Part shown: positions 1 through 9,130 of the stretch, piece after piece
Layout of the letters: each line of letters starts with the position of its first letter
Numbering within the stretch: position 1 is the stretch's first letter
Origin: Candidatus Sungiibacteriota bacterium
GTDB taxonomy: Bacteria; Patescibacteriota; Minisyncoccia; Sungbacterales; HO2-52-23
Direction of reading: 5' to 3'
DNA: 58,341 nt
Assembly (NCBI GenBank): GCA_016180435.1
Contig: JACPBG010000002.1
Location: 1 to 58,341, forward strand
Notes under the pieces: model-generated
Databases searched by the model: none
Seen by the model: only the letters and a program-made list of their open reading frames with translations
What the model was told of the DNA's origin: nothing
Made by a program: the position numbers and the translations under genes

Positions 1-1
1 G

Positions 2-118
2 CGGCACTTGACCAATGGATTCGTGCGATCGTCGCCAAAAGAAAAACTATACGTTGCAATGGAACAAATTGCCAACCAAATTTTTCCCACTAACCCATAT
101 ATAAATGTTATTAAATAA
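2..118 (+). CDS. 3' end of an unidentified upstream gene (partial)
   Basis: Frame open from window edge to TAA at 116-118, followed by hairpin plus T-run. Confidence 0.3.
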   Translation, partial: RHLTNGFVRSSPKEKLYVAMEQIANQIFPTNPYINVIK

Positions 119-120
119 AA

Positions 121-146
121 TACCCGTGATGTTACGGGATTTTTTG
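121..146 (+). terminator. Rho-independent terminator-like hairpin
   Basis: cccgt/acggg stem followed by TTTTTT. Confidence 0.5.
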
Positions 147-461
147 TTTGAAGTGTGCCAATTTATAGCCGATTCTTTTGTGGTATTCGAGTACCTCCGG
201 TCCGTATAAACACTTATAAGCTTCTTCGTAAAAATATTTAAATGGGGCTTGGCGCTTTAAATTATTCCTTTTCCACCAAGCCCGCACCTCTTTTCGCAAC
301 AGCCGTTTGCTGATAAAAATAAGGCGGCAATTCTTGCAGAGAAAATATGACATCACGAACGCTTCGTTGGCATATTCCCGCGAACCATTGGTGTAGTTGG
401 GGGTTGATGGCTTGTTACAGCGAGAACAGTAAAACAGATTCAGTTCGGCCATTTTATTCAT
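132..461 (-). CDS. Hypothetical small protein with two CxxC pairs (zinc-ribbon-like)
   Basis: 109-aa ORF with CSRC and CKNC motifs; no family recognised. Confidence 0.45.
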   Translation of the reverse strand: MNKMAELNLFYCSRCNKPSTPNYTNGSREYANEAFVMSYFLCKNCRLIFISKRLLRKEVRAWWKRNNLKRQAPFKYFYEEAYKCLYGPEVLEYHKRIGYKLAHFKQKIP

Positions 462-623
462 TTGCCCTCTTTTTTGTTTGGTTCGTTATGGGCGGGTTCT
501 TTACTCATATTCATGGATGTCTTCGTTAGTCGCCCTGCCTGTATAGGGACTTTTATTGCGGTGTTTTGACACAACAACTCTCTCGGTTGGCAAATAACTT
601 ATTATATTGTACCATGTGTGCGG

Positions 624-1700
624 TTATATTTTAAATTCAATTACATCTCCGTCTTTAACTACATATTCTTTTCCCTCGGTTTTCATCTGGCCGAGTTCCT
701 TGGCTTTGGTCCACGATCCGGATTCAAGCAGCTTTTCCCAATTTATGATATCGGCCCGGATGAATTTTTCTTCAAAATCCGAATGGATGGCGCGGCCGGC
801 GCGGGGCGCTTTGGATCCCTGCGGAATGGTCCAAGCGCGTGTTTCGTCCTCCCCGGTTGTAAAAAAAGTTATTAGGCCGAGGGTGCGGTAGCTGACGCGA
901 ATCAGCTGGTCAAGGCCGCTGGTTTCAACCCCCAGCGATTTTAAGTATTCCGCTCTTTCTTCGTCGGAAAGATCGGCAAGTTCGGATTCAACTTTAGCCG
1001 AAATAATTGCGTGCGGCGCCGGTTTTATTCTATTTTTTAATTTTTGATCCGGCTCCCATTTTTCTTGTACCTGCTTCTCGGATGCGTTGAGTACATAGAT
1101 AATGGTTTTTTCAGTCAACAACTGCAAGCTCTCCTCTATTCTAATGTTCTCAAGAACATTAGAATAGAGGAAATGGCCGGTTTTGAGCTCCTCGGCCTTC
1201 TTTCGTAGATGAACTAATTCTTCCTCTGCCCCCTTTTTTCCGGCCTTCGCTTCTTTAGATAAGGACTCCAGGCGCTTCTGGATTGTCTCCAAGTCCTTCA
1301 GAATCAGTTCGTATTCCAATACTTCAATATCAGCCATAGGATCGGATGCGCCGGAAACATGGATGATGTCGGAGTCCTCAAATACGCGCACCACTTCGGC
1401 GATAGCATTTACTTCTTTGATATGCGAAAGGAATTTATTGCCGAGCCCTTCGCCTTCAGCCGCTCCTTTGACGAGCCCGGCGATATCCACGAATTCAACC
1501 ACGGCCGGGACGGTTTTTTTTGAATGCGAAAACGCGGCAAGTTTTTGCAGCCGTTCATCCGGCACCTCCACGATTCCCACATTCGGCTCTATGGTGCAGA
1601 ACGGGTAATTAGAAATATCAACCTTTTTGCGGGTCAGGGCATTAAAAAGCGTGGATTTCCCGACGTTTGGGAGTCCAACTATGCCTATTTTGAGAGACAT
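624..1700 (-). CDS. ychF: Ribosome-binding ATPase YchF
   Basis: N-terminus MSLKIGIVGLPNVGKSTLFNALT (P-loop), full-length 358 aa with YchF-type C-terminal domain. Confidence 0.95.
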   Translation of the reverse strand: MSLKIGIVGLPNVGKSTLFNALTRKKVDISNYPFCTIEPNVGIVEVPDERLQKLAAFSHSKKTVPAVVEFVDIAGLVKGAAEGEGLGNKFLSHIKEVNAIAEVVRVFEDSDIIHVSGASDPMADIEVLEYELILKDLETIQKRLESLSKEAKAGKKGAEEELVHLRKKAEELKTGHFLYSNVLENIRIEESLQLLTEKTIIYVLNASEKQVQEKWEPDQKLKNRIKPAPHAIISAKVESELADLSDEERAEYLKSLGVETSGLDQLIRVSYRTLGLITFFTTGEDETRAWTIPQGSKAPRAGRAIHSDFEEKFIRADIINWEKLLESGSWTKAKELGQMKTEGKEYVVKDGDVIEFKI

Positions 1701-1726
1701 ATTTAAATAGAGTATAATGTTTTTAT

Positions 1727-3124
1727 ATGCGAATCAATCCTAACATTTTTAGAGAATATGATATACGGGGCAGGGTTGATCAAAAAGACGAATTAACTCC
1801 GGAGGCTATTGATGCAATTGGGCGCGGGTTTGCAACGTTTTTGAAGCGGCGCGGGATACATGCTGCGGTGGTGGGACATGATGCGCGTCCTTATTCTAAG
1901 TCGGTCAATGATATTACTGTAAAAGCGCTGCTTGAATCCGGAATCGATGTAATTGAAATTGGCACAGTATTGGCCCCGATTTTTTATTTCGCGCAATATC
2001 ATTTACAAAAAAAAGGGGGGGTTATGATAACCGCATCTCATAACCCCTGGGGATGGAGCGGATTCAAGCATGCCTATGATTATTCAACGACATTGGTGCC
2101 AAACGATATGCAAGAGCTTCAAAAAATTGTCGAGGAAAATGAATTTATAAAAGGGAAGGGCAAGTATGAAGTATATAAAGACATTATTGAAAAATATAAA
2201 GAAGATACCCTTAATAGAATTAGGATTGCACGGCCACTTAGAGTATTGATTGACACCGGCAATGGCACTGCCGGCCCTATTGTGCCGGATATTTTACGTA
2301 AAGCCGGCTGTATTGTTGTCGAACAGTATACGGAGGTTAGTGAAATCCGTCATCATGAAGCCAATCCAAGCACCTTAGGTATGCTGGATGCCATGAGTGT
2401 AGGAGTAAAAACGCATCATGCAGACATCGGGTTGGGGTTTGATGATGACGGCGATCGATTGGGCGCAGTAGACGAGAAAGGACAGATAATCTGGCCTGAC
2501 CAGATTCTGCTTTTACTTGCGCGTCCCATTATCGCCAAAAACCCCGGAGCTAAAGTGGTATTTGACATTAAATGTACCGAAGCGCTCGTAGAAGATATTA
2601 AGGCCCGTGGCGGAATTCCGATTATGTGGAAAACCGGACACTCATACATTAAGGCGAAAGCAAAAGAGGAGGGCGCGTTTCTTGCCGGAGAGAGGTCCGG
2701 GCATATGTATTTTCTTAAAGAACATTATGAGTTTGATGATGCGATTTTTGCTGGCTTGAAACTGCTGGAGTATATTAGTAATCAGCAGTTAAAATCGTTC
2801 TCGGAAATTATCGCTGAATTGCCTCATTATATCACTTCACCAGTATGGCATGCGCCATGTGATGATACTAAAAAATATCAGGTGACAGATAAACTCACAA
2901 CAAAATTTAAGCAAGAATATGGGCATGAGCATGTAATTGATATCAACGGCGCCCGGGTATATATGGAAGATGGCTGGGGATTAGTTCGCGCGTCTTCCAA
3001 TGTTCCGGCGCTCGTTTTAGTATTTGAAGCAAAAACCAAGGAGGGTTTAAAAAAAATAGAATCTATTTTTAGAGAGAAGCTTACTGCTTTTCCCGAAGTC
3101 GGAAAAGATTGGGTAAGCGGTTGA
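1727..3124 (+). CDS. Phosphomannomutase/phosphoglucomutase family protein
   Basis: TASHNP phosphoserine loop and GFDDDGDR metal-binding loop, 465 aa. Confidence 0.9.
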   Translation: MRINPNIFREYDIRGRVDQKDELTPEAIDAIGRGFATFLKRRGIHAAVVGHDARPYSKSVNDITVKALLESGIDVIEIGTVLAPIFYFAQYHLQKKGGVMITASHNPWGWSGFKHAYDYSTTLVPNDMQELQKIVEENEFIKGKGKYEVYKDIIEKYKEDTLNRIRIARPLRVLIDTGNGTAGPIVPDILRKAGCIVVEQYTEVSEIRHHEANPSTLGMLDAMSVGVKTHHADIGLGFDDDGDRLGAVDEKGQIIWPDQILLLLARPIIAKNPGAKVVFDIKCTEALVEDIKARGGIPIMWKTGHSYIKAKAKEEGAFLAGERSGHMYFLKEHYEFDDAIFAGLKLLEYISNQQLKSFSEIIAELPHYITSPVWHAPCDDTKKYQVTDKLTTKFKQEYGHEHVIDINGARVYMEDGWGLVRASSNVPALVLVFEAKTKEGLKKIESIFREKLTAFPEVGKDWVSG

Positions 3125-3137
3125 TTTTTATCTCCAT

Positions 3138-4502
3138 ATGATGAATTCTGACATTTTTCACGCATATGATATTCGCGGGAAATATCCAACGGAAATAAAT
3201 GAGGTTGTCGCCGAGCGAATTGGAAATGCCGTAGCCCGGTATCTTTCTATCAAGCTTAAAAAAAGGCAGCTGACGTTAATTGTGGTACGGGATGTGCGGA
3301 TGTCTTCTCCGCTTTTGCAGGAGGCATTGATACGAGGAATTACGGCGCAGGGCAGTGATGTAATAGATGCTGGTATTGGCACTACGCCGTTTTTTTACTT
3401 TCTGATTCAAAAGTTTAGAGTGGATGGGGGTTTAATGGTGACGGCATCTCATAACCCCCCTGAATATAATGGGTTTAAAATTCGGGAAAAAGGCGGTGGT
3501 CCGATCTTCATGGGAACCGGTCTGGAGCGGATTAAAACAATGGTACTTTCGCAACGTGCGGTTAGAAATAGGACCGGGGAGCGGATTTTTCCGAAAATGG
3601 ATTACAAAAAAAAGTATTTTGATTTTTTAAGTAAAGGGATTGCAATTGAAAATATACGAGCTGTTATTGACGCTGCCGGTGGGAGCGTTACGTACTTTTT
3701 ACCGGAGCTCCTTGCGCGTTTTCCATCGCTTACATATAAACCTTTGTTTTTTGAGTCGGACGGAAGTTTTTCGCGCCATTCTCCGAATCCGCTTTTACCA
3801 TCCGCACAGAAATTTGTGCAAAAAGAATTAGAAACCGGACAATTTCAGTTTGGGGCAGTGTTTGATGGTGACGGAGATCGCATAAGTTTTTTTGATGAGA
3901 AAGGAAATGCAATCCGTTCCGAGTTCATATCCGCGCTTTTTATGGATGAGGAATTGAAGAGGAGACGCGGGGGTACATATGCATTTGCCGTGAATACCTC
4001 GCGCGGTGCGCGTGAATATATTGAAACCAAGGGCGGCCGGATTGTTTTTATGCCAATCGGTCCTCCACGCGCAAAAATAGTAATGCAACGCACTCATGCA
4101 CTTTATGGAACAGAATTTGCTCCACATTTCTATTTTAAGAAATTTTTCTATAATGACTCTGCTTTAATGGCGCTTTTGCGCCTCGCGCAAATTATTTCCC
4201 GAACCCATCGGCCGTTATCGCAGCTTGTTGCTCCATTTGCGCGTTATATTTCATCCGATGAAATAAATCTTTCTATAAAAGATAAAAAAGCCGCTATGCG
4301 GCGCGTTTTAGAGTTTTATCGCGGGATTCCCGGAGTAAAAATAACTAAAATAGACGGCATTAGCGTTGATTTTTCGGATTGGTGGTTTAATCTTCGGCCC
4401 TCCAATACCGAGCCGTATATTCGTTTAGTAATGGAGGCGCGGACGCAGGAGTTATATGACGAGAAAATGAAAGAACTTGAGCGGATTATCGGAAAGCATT
4501 AA
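3138..4502 (+). CDS. Second phosphomannomutase/phosphoglucomutase family paralog
   Basis: TASHNPPEYNGFK and FDGDGDR loops, 454 aa, tandem to the first paralog. Confidence 0.85.
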   Translation: MMNSDIFHAYDIRGKYPTEINEVVAERIGNAVARYLSIKLKKRQLTLIVVRDVRMSSPLLQEALIRGITAQGSDVIDAGIGTTPFFYFLIQKFRVDGGLMVTASHNPPEYNGFKIREKGGGPIFMGTGLERIKTMVLSQRAVRNRTGERIFPKMDYKKKYFDFLSKGIAIENIRAVIDAAGGSVTYFLPELLARFPSLTYKPLFFESDGSFSRHSPNPLLPSAQKFVQKELETGQFQFGAVFDGDGDRISFFDEKGNAIRSEFISALFMDEELKRRRGGTYAFAVNTSRGAREYIETKGGRIVFMPIGPPRAKIVMQRTHALYGTEFAPHFYFKKFFYNDSALMALLRLAQIISRTHRPLSQLVAPFARYISSDEINLSIKDKKAAMRRVLEFYRGIPGVKITKIDGISVDFSDWWFNLRPSNTEPYIRLVMEARTQELYDEKMKELERIIGKH

Positions 4503-4546
4503 AATGAATAAGTAGCCCCTCGACAAGCTCAGGGATTATTGTTTGC

Positions 4547-5638
4547 ATGGATTATGAATTTTTTATTCTAATCGCCTTGATTATAGCCGGTTTTGCGGCT
4601 GTTTTTTGGTTTCTGGCGCGTTTTAGGGCGCCGCAGGATAGCGGGGAAAAAATCGGCGCCTTAATGGAACGTATGTCATCGCTAGCCGAGCAAAACAAAG
4701 AATTGCGCCAAACCCTGGATGCGAAATTAAGCGAAACCCATAGGGCCAATCAGGAACAATTCGGACAAGCCACGCGCTTAATACAGGGCATTTCCGGACA
4801 ATCCGCCAAACTTATTGCCGATGTTACGGAGCGTCTGACCAAGCTTGATGAAACCAATAAACAGGTGATTAATTTTTCCGGACAGCTGCAGAACCTTCAG
4901 GATATTTTAAAAAATCCCAAGCAGCGCGGAATTTTGGGTGAGTATTATCTTGAGACTGTCCTAAAAAACGTACTGCCTCCGGGATCATATCAGATGCAGT
5001 ATCCTTTTTCGGACAAAGTTATTGTGGATGCGGTGGTATTTGTGGATAAGCGCATCATTCCAATTGATTCTAAATTTTCGCTCGAAAATTATAATCGGAT
5101 ACTTGAAGCGCGCGATCCGGCGGAAAGAAAAAAATATGAATCGGCGCTGGTTGGCGATTTAAAAATACGAATTGATGAGACCTCAAAATACGTGAAGCCG
5201 GAGGAAAATACCATGGATTTTGCATTTATGTTCATTCCTTCGGAAGCGGTATATTACGACTTGCTTATCAATAAAGTGGGCGCCGTTGAGGATGAAACTC
5301 GGAATTTGATTCATTATGCCGGACAAAAGCGGGTGATTATCGTATCGCCGACCTCTTTTTTGGCCTATTTGCAGACGGTTTTGCAGGGTTTGAAAAATCA
5401 GAAAATTTCCGAACAAGCCAAAGAAATCATAAAACAGGTGGAAAATCTAAGGCGGCATTTAAGGGGCTATGATGATTATATGCAGCGGCTTGGAAAAAAT
5501 CTCGGTACAACAGTCAGTATGTATAATAACGCCTATAAAGAATTTGGAAAAATCGATAAAGATGTTTTGCGGATTACCGGAGAAAAAGTGGGAATTGAGG
5601 TGGGAGCAATTGAGCCGCCTAAAGAATCGGTGGATTGA
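4547..5638 (+). CDS. rmuC: DNA recombination protein RmuC
   Basis: N-terminal TM helix, coiled coil, C-terminal RmuC-type region (FAFMFIPSEAVY). Confidence 0.85.
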   Translation: MDYEFFILIALIIAGFAAVFWFLARFRAPQDSGEKIGALMERMSSLAEQNKELRQTLDAKLSETHRANQEQFGQATRLIQGISGQSAKLIADVTERLTKLDETNKQVINFSGQLQNLQDILKNPKQRGILGEYYLETVLKNVLPPGSYQMQYPFSDKVIVDAVVFVDKRIIPIDSKFSLENYNRILEARDPAERKKYESALVGDLKIRIDETSKYVKPEENTMDFAFMFIPSEAVYYDLLINKVGAVEDETRNLIHYAGQKRVIIVSPTSFLAYLQTVLQGLKNQKISEQAKEIIKQVENLRRHLRGYDDYMQRLGKNLGTTVSMYNNAYKEFGKIDKDVLRITGEKVGIEVGAIEPPKESVD

Positions 5639-5681
5639 CATTCGTTTGCATTTTTAAAGAGATTTGATATATTGGTTGAAT

Positions 5682-6032
5682 ATGCAATTTGCAGTTATTA
5701 AAACCGGCGGGAAACAATATCTGGTTGAACCCGGAAAAAAGCTAAAAATTGAGAAATTGGCCGCCCCCGCAGGGGGCGAGCCTCGCCATGGGCGGGACGC
5801 CCCGGATGGCGGAAAATTTGTATTTGATCAGGTTTTGCTGACGGCTGATGGAGATAACGTGGAAATCGGTAAACCGCTGGTTTCCGGCGCCAAAGTCGAG
5901 GGGAAAATATTAACGCAAGGCAGGGCGCGCAAAGTCATTGTCTTTAAATATCACCGTAAAACAAGATACCGCAAGAAAAAAGGGCATCGCCAGCATTTCA
6001 CGGAAGTGGAGATTACAAAAATACATAAATAA
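5682..6032 (+). CDS. rplU: 50S ribosomal protein L21, with in-frame GC-rich insertion
   Basis: MQFAVIKTGGKQYLVEPG start and VIVFKYHRKTRYRKKKGHRQ tail. Internal Met at 5682 chosen over ORF start 5664. Confidence 0.9.
   Translation: MQFAVIKTGGKQYLVEPGKKLKIEKLAAPAGGEPRHGRDAPDGGKFVFDQVLLTADGDNVEIGKPLVSGAKVEGKILTQGRARKVIVFKYHRKTRYRKKKGHRQHFTEVEITKIHK
5760..5812. repeat. GC-rich hairpin element (GGGCGAGCCTCGCC core) inside rplU
   Basis: Core 14-mer at 5774-5787, flanked by gccgccc / ggcggg; encodes AAPAGGEPRHGRDAPDG, absent from the L21 consensus. Confidence 0.8.
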
Positions 6033-6033
6033 A

Positions 6034-6058
6034 AGACGCGCTTCATTGCGCGTTTTTA
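6034..6058 (+). terminator. Terminator after rplU
   Basis: acgcgc-ttcatt-gcgcgt stem-loop plus TTTTT. Confidence 0.75.
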
Positions 6059-6235
6059 GTTATGGCCGGATAGCACGTGTTTTCTGGATTTTTTGCGGAT
6101 AACTATGACTCCGGATGATGATTCGGAGTAAACTGCCAGAGAATTTTTTTTAACCGGCACGGCGGGTCTAACTTTTGTAAGTTCTTTAAGAATCGCATGC
6201 CGTATATTCCGTTTCCACTTGAATGATTTTTTCAT
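6056..6235 (-). CDS. Possible small basic protein (59 aa)
   Basis: ATG at 6235 preceded by GGGGG; MKKSFKWKRNIRHAIL...; below ORF-track cutoff; no homology recognised. Confidence 0.25.
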   Translation of the reverse strand: MKKSFKWKRNIRHAILKELTKVRPAVPVKKNSLAVYSESSSGVIVIRKKSRKHVLSGHN

Positions 6236-6597
6236 GTCTACCCCCGTAAAAGTGCTGGAAAAATTTTACACCAAGATTTTATTTCAGTCAATGTGACGAT
6301 TTAGATACTAAAAAAGGTTACCGAAACTCCGCGGTTAGATCATAATTGGTGTTACTGTAGTCGTATATGACAATGAACACCAAATACGGGTTTTTTTGGG
6401 AGCGCCTCGGGGAATATCTTAAAGCTTCCCGAACCAGTAAAAGTTTATTATTATCTATGGCGTGGAGGACAAGGGAAAACTTGTGGAAAGAGGATAATTG
6501 TCTAATTATTACTTCTATAATATAATATAAAGGTATTTGTGCGATATTTCGCCCATTTATGGTCTAAAACCGCACGGATGCTTTAAATAAATTTATT

Positions 6598-9099
6598 ATG
6601 GATACCATTACCAATCGTTTTGAGTGGGGGTCGAGGATGTTGTTATACGTTTTGGCGGCTTTTTTGCCGTTGGCGGTTTTGCCGATTAGCGTGCGGATTG
6701 ATTTTGGGCGCGAAATTATATTCACGTCTCTCATAATCGCCGCGGCTATTTTGTGGCTTCTCTCCGTTTTAACCACGGGTGAAATAAAAATTCGCCACTC
6801 GCCGGTTTGTTGGGCGGTCTTGGCCCTGCTTTTAGTGTTCGGAGCCGCTACCATATTTTCTAAATCGCCATTCGTGTCGTTTTTGATTTCGGATGCATCC
6901 GCCGAAAGTTTAGTAACGCTTATTGCGGCATCGCTTCTTATGTTGCTTGCATCCAGCATTTTCCGTTCGCGGGAAGAAGCCGGAATTCTGGTTTTTATCC
7001 TGATTTTTGCCGGAGCCTTGTCGGCATTGTTAACTCTGATTCAAATTTGGACCGGCTTTACTCCTTATCGATGGCTGGTGTCTTCCGCCACCAATATAGA
7101 TTTTAACGTGGTCGGGACCATAAATGGGCTTTCGCTTTTTTACACCGCGCTTTTTATGGCAACGCTCGGAATTCTTTTTTCTTCCTCGGCCGAATACTGG
7201 AAAAAATGGCTTAAATACGGATTTTGGGCGGCACTGGTACTTTTTGCGCTAAATATAATATTTATTAATTTTCGCATTGGCTGGGGAGTGATGCTCACAT
7301 CCGCCATTGTGGCATTCGGGTTTGTGTTTATGAATGTGCGCTTGGGTGGAAGAAAATTGGATTGGCGCTATGCATCTGCTATTTTTTTGATCGTTGTCTC
7401 GGTGGTAATGCTTATTATGCAAACACCTTTGGTGCAGTTTGCGTTTCCGGCCGAGGTGTCCCCGGCGCTTCGCTCGACCTTTAATGTGGCGCGTTCGGTC
7501 TGGGGCGAGGGTGTAATGCCTATGCTGTTTGGATCCGGTCCGGGAACCTTTGGTTTAGATTGGAACATGTATAAAGATCCTTCCATTAACCAGACAATTT
7601 TTTGGGGACTGCGTTTTAACCAGGGGTTTTCATGGGTTTCTACGGTTTTGGCCACCGCCGGTATTTTGGGATTTTTGGCGATGCTTGTGTTTCTTTTGAG
7701 CGCGGTGGCGGTTTACCTCCGCGCGGAGCTGATTGCCACTAAAGATGAAAAGCCATTTTCTTTAGGCGTATTTTTGGGTTTGGTAGCGCTGATCGCGTCG
7801 GTTTTTGTTTATCCGGCAAACCTTACGCTGATTTTTGGGCTTTTTCTTCTGGCCGGGATTTCGGCGGTATTTTTGGGGCGCGAAAGCGCCGTGTCCGGGA
7901 TTTTGCAGATGGACGCGGGGTCCGGCGGAGATAGCGCCGCGGAGCGCCGCCCAGATGGGCGAGCCTCGCTAATGGCGGGCCGCAGTTTCTGGGATGTTAA
8001 AGAGTATCTGGTGCGGCTGGAAAGTCCGTGGTTGGTGTTTGCTTCTTCGCTGGTGGTGATTGTGTTTTTATCGCTCGGCATCGCGGCATTTTATGCGGAA
8101 ATGATCCGGGTGCGCTCGGCCCTAGCGCGCGAGCGTGGGGTTGCTGCGTTAAATTCGGGAAATACGGATAACTCAATTGCCGAATTTGAACAGGCGGTTT
8201 TGACCGATCAGAGGAATTTCCGTAATTACCAGGCACTTTTGCAGGCGCGAACCGAAAAAGTGAAAAGTTTGATACAGCGCGCAGCCGGAGGAGAAAATGT
8301 CCAGCAGGATTTTCAAACACAAGTTACACTTGCAAGGCAAAATGCCCTGCGTGCCACTGAATTAAACCCGAGGGAGCCGTTGGCGTGGCGGGCGCGTGCG
8401 GCGTTTTTTGAGGTTTTGATTCCTTTTATGTCGGGATCCGAAAGTTTGGCTTTTGAAGGATACCAGCGCGCCTCAGAACTTGATTTTATGAATCCTTCAA
8501 TTTATACGGATTGGGGAAGGGCAGGTTTGGTTTACGCGGATCGGTTGTTGCTTGTGGCCAATCAGTCCTCGGGCGAGGCGCGGGAAAATTTGTTCAAATC
8601 AAGAACATCCGTATTGCAGGAAATTGAAAAAGTTCTTGAAAAAGCGGTATCCGCCAAGCCGGATTTTGCTACGGCCCATTTTTTGGCGGCGCAGACCTCC
8701 ATCCGTTTAGGCAATCTGCAATCGGCGATTCGCGCCACGGAAAATGCTAAAGCCACCGCTCCGTTTGATATTGGCATTGCATTTCAACTCGGCCTTTTGT
8801 ACTATCAGGCCAACGATATTGATAAATCGCAGATCGAGTTTGAGCGCGCCGTATTGCTTGACCCGAATTATTCTAACGCCCGTTATTTCCTCGGTTTGAT
8901 TTATGATCGCAAAGGCGATAAGCCGCGCGCCATCGAACAATTTGAAAAGATCGGAGCGCTGAATCCGGATAATCAGGAAGTAAAGCGAATTTTGCAGAAT
9001 TTGCGCGGCGGGACCGGAGCTCTTTCCGGAATCGTTCCTCCGGCCGAACCGCCGGAGAAGAGGCGCGAGGCGCCGGTTGTGCCGTCGCGGGATAAATAA
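6598..9099 (+). CDS. Polytopic membrane protein (O-antigen ligase/Wzy-like core) with C-terminal TPR repeats
   Basis: Many hydrophobic helices in the first ~450 aa, TPR-like repeats in the last ~350 aa (NYSNARYFLGLIYDRKGD). Confidence 0.75.
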   Translation: MDTITNRFEWGSRMLLYVLAAFLPLAVLPISVRIDFGREIIFTSLIIAAAILWLLSVLTTGEIKIRHSPVCWAVLALLLVFGAATIFSKSPFVSFLISDASAESLVTLIAASLLMLLASSIFRSREEAGILVFILIFAGALSALLTLIQIWTGFTPYRWLVSSATNIDFNVVGTINGLSLFYTALFMATLGILFSSSAEYWKKWLKYGFWAALVLFALNIIFINFRIGWGVMLTSAIVAFGFVFMNVRLGGRKLDWRYASAIFLIVVSVVMLIMQTPLVQFAFPAEVSPALRSTFNVARSVWGEGVMPMLFGSGPGTFGLDWNMYKDPSINQTIFWGLRFNQGFSWVSTVLATAGILGFLAMLVFLLSAVAVYLRAELIATKDEKPFSLGVFLGLVALIASVFVYPANLTLIFGLFLLAGISAVFLGRESAVSGILQMDAGSGGDSAAERRPDGRASLMAGRSFWDVKEYLVRLESPWLVFASSLVVIVFLSLGIAAFYAEMIRVRSALARERGVAALNSGNTDNSIAEFEQAVLTDQRNFRNYQALLQARTEKVKSLIQRAAGGENVQQDFQTQVTLARQNALRATELNPREPLAWRARAAFFEVLIPFMSGSESLAFEGYQRASELDFMNPSIYTDWGRAGLVYADRLLLVANQSSGEARENLFKSRTSVLQEIEKVLEKAVSAKPDFATAHFLAAQTSIRLGNLQSAIRATENAKATAPFDIGIAFQLGLLYYQANDIDKSQIEFERAVLLDPNYSNARYFLGLIYDRKGDKPRAIEQFEKIGALNPDNQEVKRILQNLRGGTGALSGIVPPAEPPEKRREAPVVPSRDK
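7921..7982. repeat. GC-rich hairpin element copy inside the membrane/TPR gene
   Basis: Core GGGCGAGCCTCGCT at 7957-7970; read as GRASL (codon phase 0). Confidence 0.75.
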
Positions 9100-9130
9100 T
9101 GGTTTTTAGCGCCATCCGGATAGTTTTGGT

